From NCBI GenBank assembly GCA_028724185.1, contig JAQYDN010000002.1, forward strand, positions 18,979 through 82,978: a stretch of 64,000 bases of DNA, written 5' to 3'. The position numbers and the translations under genes are program-made. A model generated the notes under the pieces. It was not told where the DNA came from. It did no database searches and worked only from the letters and a program-made list of their open reading frames with translations. Shown one piece after another: positions 51,277-60,212 of this stretch. How positions within the stretch are numbered: the first letter of the stretch is position 1; each line of letters begins with the position of its first letter. Source of the stretch: Bacillota bacterium. Lineage in GTDB: Bacteria; Bacillota; Clostridia; Tissierellales; Peptoniphilaceae.

Positions 51277-52068
51277 ATGGCTAGCAATATTACACATTAC
51301 GTTTTCGGAAAGCGCATCGTCGACACTTTGCCGCCCGAGGCACGGGCCGTCATTCGAACATATCCGAAACACTTCTTAATCGGAAATCAGGGACCCGACC
51401 TGTTTTTCTACCACGTCACGTCGACGCGCCATCAGGTCGGTCCCTTCATCCACAAACGTCCCTTCGACGATCTGCTCTTTAGAAATCGCGCGTGGATCGC
51501 ATCGAAACCGACCGATACGCCGACGTGGACCTACTTATTGGGGCTGTTGTGCCATTTTTCCCTGGACATCGCCTTTCACCCCTATATCGATCATATCGAG
51601 CCGCGCATCTCGTTGGATCACGTGACCATCGAGCGCGAATTCGATCGCTACCTCCTAAGACAAGCGGGGATTCCCTTCGGCACGTTCTCCGAATATACGA
51701 TGATTCCCCACCCCGAGGAGGTGGCCGAGGCCATCGTCCCCGTTTACGAAACCTACTCCGGCGTAGACATCCACGACATTCGCCAAGCGCTCTATGCGTT
51801 TCGAATCGCCATGGTCTTCTTCCATGTCAATTCAAAGAGCGCGCGAAAGAGAAAACTGCGCGCACTAAGCCTCCTGGGACTCGACGATGATCTCGGCGGC
51901 ATGCTTATGTCCACGGACAAATTATTTGAATCGACCTACATCACAAACCTCGCGCTCCATCAACATATGCAACTCGCCTACCCGATCGCCGAGGAGGCGG
52001 TCCGCGCGATCTACGGAGACGAGGCCGACTATCCCCCGTTTTTCCGGTTAAATTTCAGCGGCCAATAA
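51277..52068 (+). CDS. Zinc-dependent phospholipase C family protein (Zn_dep_PLPC-like), no signal peptide
   Basis: THY near the N-terminus, GNQGPDLFFY, CHFSLDIAFHPYI and HVTIE..FD; RBS AAAGGAG. Confidence 0.8.
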   Translation: MASNITHYVFGKRIVDTLPPEARAVIRTYPKHFLIGNQGPDLFFYHVTSTRHQVGPFIHKRPFDDLLFRNRAWIASKPTDTPTWTYLLGLLCHFSLDIAFHPYIDHIEPRISLDHVTIEREFDRYLLRQAGIPFGTFSEYTMIPHPEEVAEAIVPVYETYSGVDIHDIRQALYAFRIAMVFFHVNSKSARKRKLRALSLLGLDDDLGGMLMSTDKLFESTYITNLALHQHMQLAYPIAEEAVRAIYGDEADYPPFFRLNFSGQ

Positions 52069-52129
52069 TTCGCATCCATCATGCATCGCTTTCGTTTAAA
52101 AAGCGTGATCGCCTCATATCTTTTTCATC

Positions 52130-52168
52130 AAAACAGGCTCCTCACCGTTGCGTGCAGGAGCCTGTTTT
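52130..52168. terminator. Bidirectional terminator
   Basis: AAAACAGGCTCCT...AGGAGCCTGTTTT. Confidence 0.82.
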
Positions 52169-52181
52169 ATTACATATACGA

Positions 52182-52480
52182 TTAAATCGTCGATACGTCG
52201 CTCTTTCCGCTGTTTTCGATGACGACTTCTTTTAAACCTTCGCCCTTTGCGAGAATCTCACCCTTTAAATTCATCTCCGCGACCGCGCCACCGTCGACGT
52301 GGTAGCCGACGGCGCCGTCTCCGTTAATAAATACTAAAAAAATATCCTCGCCGTCCGCGGTCAGTTTTTGACTCTCGCCCGGCGTCCATGTATCGGATGC
52401 GTGGATGGAATTGACGGGCTCTATGACTTTTCGTCGGATTGAGTGGCCTCTCGCAGTTCGATGTAATTTTTTGCTTTCAT
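52182..52480 (-). pseudogene. Small beta-rich (possibly cupin-like) gene split by a single-base frameshift
   Basis: GAGGAG-ATAT-ATG at 52480 reads MKAKNYIELREATQSDEKS-stop; adding one A to the A4 run (52428-52431) joins it to VIEPVNSIH..DVSTI, giving about 99 aa. Confidence 0.5.
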
Positions 52481-52659
52481 ATATCTCCTCTTTCCGTTTA
52501 ACCTTTTCGTTCGATACCGCCGGCCAAGATTGTTTGCATGGCAATGAATTTGATCTCTCGTTTATATCCTTTATCGGTTCAACGGTCACAGGGAATCCTA
52601 TGCGATGACGAAGACGGCCGCGTTCCTTAACATCGCATCGTCTTAAAAGAGGCGGCGAG

Positions 52660-52953
52660 CTATTTAATCGAATGCCATACGGCGTAGCCGATGATAATAA
52701 CCCCGCAAATCAATATCACGATACCCGTCGATATATCGCCGCGCTTAAAGGCGCGGTATATCGACAACACCCATTGAACGGCGTAGAGCACCACCGCTAA
52801 GATCAGCGTGATCATTCCGGCAATCAACAAAAATTCAAAAGCCGGCGAGGGATAGCTTACGCGCAGCGCGACGATCGAGATGAAGGCGATGATACTTAAA
52901 CACGTGCAAACGAGTGCCGCTCGGCCGACATATTTCATCATTTTTTCATTCAT
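52660..52953 (-). CDS. Hypothetical small membrane protein with 3 TM segments
   Basis: 97 aa with three hydrophobic segments; RBS AAAGGA. Confidence 0.7.
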   Translation of the reverse strand: MNEKMMKYVGRAALVCTCLSIIAFISIVALRVSYPSPAFEFLLIAGMITLILAVVLYAVQWVLSIYRAFKRGDISTGIVILICGVIIIGYAVWHSIK

Positions 52954-53042
52954 TCGTTCTTTCCTTTCCTACATCTCAGAATTTCCTTTCAAGTATATAC
53001 TCTTATGCGACAATTCGCCAACGGTCACGATGACCTCATCAT

Positions 53043-53070
53043 AAAAAAGCCTCCCGAAGGAGGCCTTTTT
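53043..53070 (-). terminator. Terminator after the EF-G-like gene
   Basis: GCCTCC-CGAA-GGAGGC flanked by A6 and T5. Confidence 0.8.
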
Positions 53071-53079
53071 AAAAAACAA

Positions 53080-55134
53080 TTATTCTTTTCTCGATTCGAT
53101 GATCTCTTCGGCGATTTGAGCGGGAACCTCTTCGTAACGCTCAAATTCCATCGTAAACGCGCCGCGTCCCTGGGTCATCGCGCGAAGGTCGATCGCGTAT
53201 TCGAACATTTCGGCCTGCGGAGCCTCCGCCATAATCAATTGGCCGCCGCCCGGTTGCTGATCCATCCCTAAAATCCTTCCGCGACGCTTGTTCATATCTC
53301 CCATGACATCGCCCATGTACTCGTCAGGAATACTTACTTCGACGCGCATAATCGGTTCGAGCAATACGGGGTTTGCCTCCGCGATACCTTTTTTAAAGGC
53401 GATGGATGCCGCCATCTTAAAGCTGACTTCGTTGGAGTCGACGTCGTGGTAGCTTCCGTCGTAGAGCACGGCCTTGACGCCCGTTACGGGGTAGCCTGCC
53501 AAGACACCCTTTTCCATGGATTCTTCCAAACCCTTTTCGACGGCGGGGAAATAGTTTTTCGGTACACTTCCGCCGAACACTTCTTCGTCGAAGACAAAGT
53601 CTTCATCGGTCGGCTCGAAGCGAATCCAAACGTCTCCGTATTGACCGGCGCCGCCGGATTGTTTCTTGTGTTTCCCTTGGACCGATGCCGTTCCGCGAAT
53701 CGTCTCTCTGTAGGGAATGACAAACGGCACTTTATTGACTTCGACGCCGAAGGTGTTTTTGAGTTTTTCGAGAATGACATCGAGGTGGACATTGCCCTGC
53801 CCGCCGATGGTCATTTGCTTCGTCTCCGCATTGCGGTCGATGACGATGCCCGGGTCCTCGTCCTGCAGTTTTCTGAGAGACGTCGTGAGTTTCTCTTCGT
53901 CGTTCTTCGACGCCGCCTCGATCGCATAGAAGTAAACCGGCTGCGGCATCTTCACGCGCTTATAGAGGACGGGGTGCGCCTTGTCGCATAACGTGTCTCC
54001 GGTCTTGGTCGTGGACAATTTTCCGATGGCACCGATGTCGCCTGCGTGAATCGCATCCACGGCGAGCTGTTCCTTCCCGCGAAGGACAAACGGTCCCGTA
54101 TTCTTCTCTTCTTTTTCCTGAGATGCGTTGTAGAGGACGGTATCCTTGCTCATCGATCCGCTCAAAACCTTATAGACGGAGATCTTTCCGACGTACGGGT
54201 CGGTAATGGTCTTGAAGACTACTGCGGAGAACGGTTCGTCTACGCTGATGGCGCGCTCTTCGCCCGATTCGTATCTGAACCCCGTGTGCGCCCTCTCGTC
54301 GTCCGGAGCCGGCATATAGTTGACGATCGTATTTAACAGAATGTCGATGCCGATGCCCTTTTCGGCACTGCCTACGAGGAGGGGAACGGCGTCGCCTTCG
54401 ATAAGAGCCGCCGTTACGCCGCGCAATAGTTCCTCACGCGTAAACTTTTCGCCGCTGAAGTATTTTTCCATCAACACTTCGTCGCTTTCGGCGACGACTT
54501 CGGCGATCTCTTCATACATTCTCTCGGTCGCCTTAATTTGATCGTGAGACAATTCTACTTCCGCCGGAGCGGCTTCTGTGTATTTAAATCCCTTTTGGAA
54601 GATGACGTCGGTGACGCCGACGAAATCTTCGCCCTCTCCGATCGGGACGGAGAACGGAATAACCTTTTTACCGAATAAATCTTCGATTTCTTCCATCAAG
54701 TTTCGGAAATTCACATTTTCGCCGTCGATCTTGTTGACGAAAATAATTCTCGGAAGGCCGATCTCCTCGGTGTACTTCCACATTCTCTCCGAGCCCACTT
54801 GCACGCCGGCGGTCGCATCGATGATCATCAGAGCGGCTTCCGCTGCGCGAAGGGCGCCGATGGATTCGCTGACAAAGTCCATATAACCGGGCGTGTCGAT
54901 AATATTTAACTTCATCTTCCGCCATTCGATAGGAATAATGCTCGTGCCGATCGATGTTCCGCGTTCTCTCTCTTCCTTTGTAAAGTCGGACATCGTATTT
55001 TTTTGATCCACGTGACCGATCTGTTTGGTCGCGCCGGATTGATACAGCATGGCTTCCGTAAGATTTGTTTTACCCGACCCGCTATGGCCGACTAACGCCA
55101 GGTTACGAACTTGATTGGTGTTATATACTTTCAT
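53080..55134 (-). CDS. fusA2: Elongation factor G paralog (EF-G2 / FusA2)
   Basis: GHSGSGKT, RGTSI, DTPGYMDF and NKID; domain IV KKQSGGAGQYG; C-terminal LLEPIM..LRAMTQGRG. Confidence 0.9.
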   Translation of the reverse strand: MKVYNTNQVRNLALVGHSGSGKTNLTEAMLYQSGATKQIGHVDQKNTMSDFTKEERERGTSIGTSIIPIEWRKMKLNIIDTPGYMDFVSESIGALRAAEAALMIIDATAGVQVGSERMWKYTEEIGLPRIIFVNKIDGENVNFRNLMEEIEDLFGKKVIPFSVPIGEGEDFVGVTDVIFQKGFKYTEAAPAEVELSHDQIKATERMYEEIAEVVAESDEVLMEKYFSGEKFTREELLRGVTAALIEGDAVPLLVGSAEKGIGIDILLNTIVNYMPAPDDERAHTGFRYESGEERAISVDEPFSAVVFKTITDPYVGKISVYKVLSGSMSKDTVLYNASQEKEEKNTGPFVLRGKEQLAVDAIHAGDIGAIGKLSTTKTGDTLCDKAHPVLYKRVKMPQPVYFYAIEAASKNDEEKLTTSLRKLQDEDPGIVIDRNAETKQMTIGGQGNVHLDVILEKLKNTFGVEVNKVPFVIPYRETIRGTASVQGKHKKQSGGAGQYGDVWIRFEPTDEDFVFDEEVFGGSVPKNYFPAVEKGLEESMEKGVLAGYPVTGVKAVLYDGSYHDVDSNEVSFKMAASIAFKKGIAEANPVLLEPIMRVEVSIPDEYMGDVMGDMNKRRGRILGMDQQPGGGQLIMAEAPQAEMFEYAIDLRAMTQGRGAFTMEFERYEEVPAQIAEEIIESRKE

Positions 55135-55335
55135 CTGATAAATCCTCCTATCGTGCGGTTCCCTAAGGAAACGTTTTTATAGATAGAATTATATCATAGT
55201 ACGCTCAAATTTTCATCGGATCGTCCTATTTTGTAAATATTTCAAATGCTCCGCTTCCCTCTTGAAAAGACTTTTTGAATATGCATGAAATGGCACATTT
55301 CGTCATGGACGGGGAAAAGGTTCCCTCATATTTCA

Positions 55336-55373
55336 TAAAAAAAGCTCCTAATTCATGGCGAATTAGGGCTTTT
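55336..55373 (-). terminator. Terminator of the amino-acid ABC operon
   Basis: AAAAGC(T)CCTAATTC-ATGGC-GAATTAGGGCTTTT, with a T-run on the minus strand. Confidence 0.75.
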
Positions 55374-55383
55374 CATTCCTTTT

Positions 55384-56121
55384 CTATTGATTGTTTTTCG
55401 ACAAAAATCTTTTGGTTCTGTCATGCTTCGGATGGTTAAATACATCGTCCGGAGTCCCCTCCTCTACGATGACGCCTTCGGACATAAATATAACCTGATC
55501 GGCTACATTTTTTGCAAATTTCATTTCGTGCGTCACGATGATCATCGTGATATCCAGATTTGATAAGGCCTTTATCGTGTTCAATACTTCATCCACTAAT
55601 TCCGGATCCAAGGCAGATGTCGGTTCATCAAATAAGATGACTTGAGGATTGACAGCTAGCGCTCTCGCGATTCCGGCTCTTTGCTGTTGCCCACCCGATA
55701 ACCGCGAGGGATATTCATCCTGTTTGTCTAAAAGTCCCACCAACTTTAATTTGTCCAAAGCCATTTGTTTCGCTTTATCTTTTTCCATCTTCTGCACGAC
55801 AATTAAAGCTTCTTCTACATTCTCTGAAATCGTCTTATTTGCAAAAAGATTATATTGTTGAAAAACCATGGAAGAACATTTTCTGAGTTCATGAACTTGT
55901 TTTTTGGTGATCTTTGTAAAATCTGCCTCGAAATCGCCGATTCTAATCGTTCCGCTGTCCGGTTCCTCCAGATAATTCATACATCGAAGTAAAGTCGACT
56001 TGCCGGTTCCGGAAGGACCTATAATCGCTAAGACTTCTCCTTTGTTCATACGCAAGGATATATCTTTCAAAACATCCAAATCTCCAAAACTCTTTTTCAA
56101 ATTCTTTATTTCTATCATCAT
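55384..56121 (-). CDS. Polar amino acid ABC ATP-binding protein (TcyC/GlnQ-like)
   Basis: [25 protein letters not shown] and [12 protein letters not shown]; start could be 56130, 56121 or 56118. Confidence 0.92.
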   Translation of the reverse strand: MMIEIKNLKKSFGDLDVLKDISLRMNKGEVLAIIGPSGTGKSTLLRCMNYLEEPDSGTIRIGDFEADFTKITKKQVHELRKCSSMVFQQYNLFANKTISENVEEALIVVQKMEKDKAKQMALDKLKLVGLLDKQDEYPSRLSGGQQQRAGIARALAVNPQVILFDEPTSALDPELVDEVLNTIKALSNLDITMIIVTHEMKFAKNVADQVIFMSEGVIVEEGTPDDVFNHPKHDRTKRFLSKNNQ

Positions 56122-56136
56122 GTCTCCCATTCAATA

Positions 56137-56802
56137 TCAATATGCCTTATTAAATTTATTTTCTATATACTTTTGTCCTTTGCTTAAAATACCGACCACA
56201 ATCCAATATACGGCCAGAGCGGCCATATACGCTTCCATGACTCTGTAATTTCTTGCAGAGATAAGTTTTGCTTGGGACATTATTTCTATCACGCCGATAG
56301 TAAAACCCAACGACGATCCCTTTATCAGAGAGATAAAAGAATTCGATAATCCGGGAAGAGCGACCCTGAATGCTTGTGGAATAATAATTCTTCGCATAGC
56401 CTGTAACTCGGTCATTCCAACGGATAATGCCGCCTCTCTCTGCCCTTTGTCGACTGATTCTAATGCGCCTCTTAGCGTTTCCGACATGAATGCCGCTTCA
56501 TTCATGGATAAGACTAAGATGATCGAAGTCGTCGGACTTAAGTCATTTAAAAAAGGAACAAATTGCGTCAACCCGAAATAAAAGAAGAATAATTGAGATA
56601 ATATAGGCGTACTCCTAAAAAAAGACACGTACACTTTTGTTATCTGAAGTAGAACCGGTACTTTATACCTTACAATCAATGCCAACAGTATCGCCAATAA
56701 TAGCGAAAAAACTAAAGCGACGGCTGCGATAAACAGTGTCGTCTTTGTAAACGGCAACAATTCTTTAAACACATCTATCGCAATGTTTAAATCAAAATTC
56801 AT
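56137..56802 (-). CDS. Polar amino acid ABC permease (TcyB-like)
   Basis: FRSTPILSQL and EAA loop ETLRGALESVDKGQREAALSVG. Confidence 0.92.
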   Translation of the reverse strand: MNFDLNIAIDVFKELLPFTKTTLFIAAVALVFSLLLAILLALIVRYKVPVLLQITKVYVSFFRSTPILSQLFFFYFGLTQFVPFLNDLSPTTSIILVLSMNEAAFMSETLRGALESVDKGQREAALSVGMTELQAMRRIIIPQAFRVALPGLSNSFISLIKGSSLGFTIGVIEIMSQAKLISARNYRVMEAYMAALAVYWIVVGILSKGQKYIENKFNKAY

Positions 56803-56833
56803 TATGACACATCCTCACACTAAGGTTATCTGT

Positions 56834-57670
56834 TTATTTAATTTCAACCCCTTCATTGGATAAATCATAACCGAATATATCTACATACATCTTCGTGAGA
56901 GTTCCATCTTCTTTCATCGAATCCAACGCTTTATTGAATGACTCAAGCAATTCCGGATCTACATCTTTTCTAAACGGATAGGCGTTATGTTCTTCATAAA
57001 CCGTATCTCCAACCATTTTGACTTTTTTTCCGCTTTCTTCTTTCATCATATCAAAGGCCGATACCGGATATAGGAAGGCATCTCCCTTTCCTGCATTGAC
57101 TAAATCTGATCCGCCCTCTTCCACGACGACGACTTTAATTTCGTCATTGGGGTCGTTCTCCTTCTTATATGCTTGTATGTAATCGTATTCCGCACCGGCC
57201 GGACCACATACAAAAGATTTTCCCTTGAGATCTTCTATCGAATTTATATCATTTTCATCCTCTCTTACAGTTAATTTGTAAGGATTATAGGCGTAGATAT
57301 CGGAGAAGACATATTTCTTTTCTCTCTCAGGGTTCACCGTAATTTGTTGAGCCACCGTGTCAACTTTATCGGTATCTAATAATCCGAACATGCCCTCGAA
57401 GGACGCTAATTGCAATTCTAATTTATATCCACCCATTCTCTTGCATACTTCGTTCAAGATATCTATGTCGATTCCCTTGATTTCGTCGCCTTCTTGGTAA
57501 CACCAAGGTTTATGTTGTGCCGCAACTCCGACCCGTAACACTTTTCCTTCCGATTGCGCACGATCAGAGGCCGCTGCTTGGTTACTTCCTTTGGAATTCT
57601 TCGCACCGCATCCCGTAAGAACCAACGCCGCCACCGTAAGTAATAATACAATTTTCGATGTTTTCTTCAT
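56834..57670 (-). CDS. Polar amino acid ABC substrate-binding lipoprotein (TcyA-like, probably cystine)
   Basis: Lipobox LTGC; GIDIDIL, FEGMFGLLDTDKVD and ITVNPEREKKYVFS; adjacent to cysteine lyases. Confidence 0.85.
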   Translation of the reverse strand: MKKTSKIVLLLTVAALVLTGCGAKNSKGSNQAAASDRAQSEGKVLRVGVAAQHKPWCYQEGDEIKGIDIDILNEVCKRMGGYKLELQLASFEGMFGLLDTDKVDTVAQQITVNPEREKKYVFSDIYAYNPYKLTVREDENDINSIEDLKGKSFVCGPAGAEYDYIQAYKKENDPNDEIKVVVVEEGGSDLVNAGKGDAFLYPVSAFDMMKEESGKKVKMVGDTVYEEHNAYPFRKDVDPELLESFNKALDSMKEDGTLTKMYVDIFGYDLSNEGVEIK

Positions 57671-57863
57671 ATACACTATCCTTTCTCTTAACAAATATTA
57701 TCGCTAACGCTTCTTAAATGATTTTAAATAAAAAGCCAACCCCCTTTCTCAGCCTACTAGAATATATTTCTTATCCGAATTTTTATCAATAATTATCAGA
57801 AACACGAATACTCGAATTTAGATATCGATAACATCAATAATATTTATTTTCTCTTCTATATTT

Positions 57864-57910
57864 AAAAAGAGACAAACTCCGGGATCCATCTCCTCGAGTT
57901 CGTCTCTTTC
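57864..57910 (-). terminator. Terminator after the malY/patB gene
   Basis: Minus strand AAAGAGACGAACTC...GAGTTTGTCTCTTT followed by TT. Confidence 0.7.
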
Positions 57911-57976
57911 ATAAAAAGTTAATCTTTCGTATTCAGTGATAAAAAAGGATTTTTTAAACCTGACGCCGCGCGCCGC

Positions 57977-59158
57977 CTACAAGGTCTTCAGTGCCGCGTC
58001 CAAGCGCTCCAGCGCCTCTTCGATGACCTCGCTCGGCGCGGCGAGGTTGATCCGCTCGTAACCTTCTCCGTTTTTCCCGAAGTAGTATCCCTCGTCGAGA
58101 AACAACTCCGCTTTTTTCGTCATAAATGCTTCAAGTTCGTCTTTGTTCATGTTTAAACTTCGAAAATCCACCCATTGCAAGTACGTACCTTCGCTGAGAT
58201 AGGCTTTGATCGCGGGGTATTTTTCGTCGAAAAATTTCTTAACCCGTCGTTGGTTCGCATCGATCACTTGAATGCATTCGTCGAGCCAATCCTCGCATTC
58301 GTTATAGGCGATTTCGCACGCCTTGTAGCCGATCGCCGTATTCGCCGATGCGGAAACTTTCATGAGTTCGTCGGAAAAGCGCCGCCTCATCGCCTCATTT
58401 TTTATGATGACGTTGCTGATCCCCACACCCGCCAAGTTAAAGGACTTGGATGGCGCCGTAAACGTCACGGTTCTTTCCGCCAACTCCTCGTCGACGGTTT
58501 GAAACACGGTGTGGGTATATCCCGGCATGATAAGGTCGAAGTGAATTTCGTCGGAGAGCAGGATCAAGTCGTTCTTTTTGACGATCTCGGAGAGTTTTTC
58601 AAGCTCGTCCCGTTTCCACACGCGGCCGACCGGGTTGTGGGGCGAGCAGAAGAGGAGAATTTTGTTCTTATTCTCTCTCGCGAGCCGATCGAATAAGTCG
58701 TAGTCGATCGTATAATATCCGTCCGTTTCGATTAACGGACAATCCACGATGTGTCTATCCTGCCGCTTAATGGCATTGTAAAAGGGATAGTAGACCGGAC
58801 TCATCACGATGACCCCGTCGCCCTCCTCGGTAAAGGCGCGAATGGCGTTAAAAAACGCGGGGACGACGCCTCGGGTGTTTACGATCCAATCTTCTTCGAT
58901 ATGAAAATCGTGCCTTCTCTCCATCCAATCGACGACCGCCCGCCGATAGGCCTCGTTGGGGCCGGTGTAGCCGAGCACGGTGTGTCTAATGTGTTCGCAA
59001 AGCCCGTCCGTCAACTGGTCGGGATGCTTAAACTCCATGTCCGCGACCGACAGCGGCACGACGCCTTTCGACACGTCGGGATTTCTCGCATACATATCTT
59101 CCCACTTCGCCGCCCCGGCGTCGCTTCGATCAATTCTGGTATGAAAATCGTATTTCAT
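57977..59158 (-). CDS. MalY/PatB family PLP C-S lyase (cystathionine beta-lyase / cysteine desulfidase)
   Basis: KYDF..IDR, PLSVADMEF, CSPHNPVG, SDEIH and APSKSFNLAG (PLP Lys). Confidence 0.92.
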   Translation of the reverse strand: MKYDFHTRIDRSDAGAAKWEDMYARNPDVSKGVVPLSVADMEFKHPDQLTDGLCEHIRHTVLGYTGPNEAYRRAVVDWMERRHDFHIEEDWIVNTRGVVPAFFNAIRAFTEEGDGVIVMSPVYYPFYNAIKRQDRHIVDCPLIETDGYYTIDYDLFDRLARENKNKILLFCSPHNPVGRVWKRDELEKLSEIVKKNDLILLSDEIHFDLIMPGYTHTVFQTVDEELAERTVTFTAPSKSFNLAGVGISNVIIKNEAMRRRFSDELMKVSASANTAIGYKACEIAYNECEDWLDECIQVIDANQRRVKKFFDEKYPAIKAYLSEGTYLQWVDFRSLNMNKDELEAFMTKKAELFLDEGYYFGKNGEGYERINLAAPSEVIEEALERLDAALKTL

Positions 59159-59200
59159 CGTTTCCTCCTTTTCTTTATTCTATCTTACTAAATACCTACA

Positions 59201-59232
59201 AAAAAAGAAACGAGCCGAAGCTCGCTTCTTTC
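59201..59232 (-). terminator. Terminator after the dcyD-like gene
   Basis: CGAGC-TTCG-GCTCG stem extended by AGAA/TTCT and followed by a T-rich tail on the minus strand. Confidence 0.75.
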
Positions 59233-60203
59233 TACTTGCGAAGTAACATCTCTATTTGTTTTTTCGTCCATCCGAACGCGCCTCCGGAGTGAATAAACAG
59301 GATGTTTTCCTTGTCTTTCCAGTGCCCGTCCATCAATTCGGAAAACGTGCCGTACATGGCCTTGCCCGTATAGACGGGATCCAAGATGATGCCCGTTTGA
59401 GACACGAAGTCCCAAATAAACTCCATCTCTTCCGGTCTGCTCTTCGCATAACCTAAACCGACGTAGTCGTCGATGACCGTGACGTCGTAGTTTCCGACGG
59501 TTTTTCCGGAAACTTTATTCATCTCATCGACCAGGGAGGGAATGATGGTATCGACGAGTTCTTTTTCGGTGTGGAGTACGGAAATGCCGACGATGTCTTT
59601 TTTCGCTCCCGAAAGAGCGTTTCCGTAGACGAGTCCCGAAAGCATCCCTCCGGAGCCCGCGACCGCGACGACGGTGTCGAAGCGGACGCCCATCTCTTCT
59701 TCCTGTTCGAGTATTTCATCGAAACAATCGACGTATCCCAAACACCCCAAACCGTCGCTTCCGCCCATGGGGATGATCATGGTAGTTGCGCCCTCGCGGT
59801 CCAAGTTTTCCTTCCATACCCGCATCGCCTCGTCGGGATCGCCGTCGTCTTCGTCGATGATTCGAATGTCGGCGCCCGCCAAGCGATCCAGGAAGTAGTT
59901 CCCCTCTTCGTCGGCGTCGCGAGGACCTTGAAGGAGTACGTGACATTTTATTCCGAGACGCGCGCAGACCATCGCCGTCGCCCGCGTGTGATTACTCTGT
60001 ATGGCACCTCTGGTGATGACGTCGGTCGCACCGTCGTCCAATGCCTTTTGAAGCAAATATTCTAATTTCCGAATCTTATTGCCGGTCACGGCAACGCCGG
60101 TCATGTCGTCGCGTTTAACGAACAGGCGTGCCGGTAAGTCCGCATCCATCAACTGGATCTCTTCGATACGCGTCGGCGTATTCGCTAAGGATAATTTTTT
60201 CAT
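59232..60203 (-). CDS. dcyD: D-cysteine desulfhydrase family PLP enzyme
   Basis: TPTRIE, KRDD..GNKIRKLEY, GAIQSNH, GSGG and LDPVYTGKAM..FIHSGG. Thr/Ser occupy the positions that are Glu/Leu in true ACC deaminases. Confidence 0.85.
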   Translation of the reverse strand: MKKLSLANTPTRIEEIQLMDADLPARLFVKRDDMTGVAVTGNKIRKLEYLLQKALDDGATDVITRGAIQSNHTRATAMVCARLGIKCHVLLQGPRDADEEGNYFLDRLAGADIRIIDEDDGDPDEAMRVWKENLDREGATTMIIPMGGSDGLGCLGYVDCFDEILEQEEEMGVRFDTVVAVAGSGGMLSGLVYGNALSGAKKDIVGISVLHTEKELVDTIIPSLVDEMNKVSGKTVGNYDVTVIDDYVGLGYAKSRPEEMEFIWDFVSQTGIILDPVYTGKAMYGTFSELMDGHWKDKENILFIHSGGAFGWTKKQIEMLLRK

Positions 60204-60212
60204 TAGAACACC

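Noticed and set aside
52600-52645. Alternative hairpins (TGCGATG/CATCGCA and AAGACG/CGTCTT), possibly a riboswitch
   Set aside because: No match to fluoride, SAM, ydaO or other aptamer cores that I can recognise; an Rfam scan would be needed.
55260-55335. Hairpins including GGGAA-AAGG-TTCCC, suggesting a cobalamin riboswitch
   Set aside because: The B12-box and the remaining conserved core are absent.
57780-57842. TGATAAT-type Fur/PerR-like box and TCAATAAT repeats upstream of the ABC operon
   Set aside because: Only one half-site matches, and such matches are expected by chance in very AT-rich DNA.
59232-60203. ACC deaminase call
   Set aside because: It lacks the Glu/Leu diagnostic residues (has Thr/Ser), so it is called D-cysteine desulfhydrase family.
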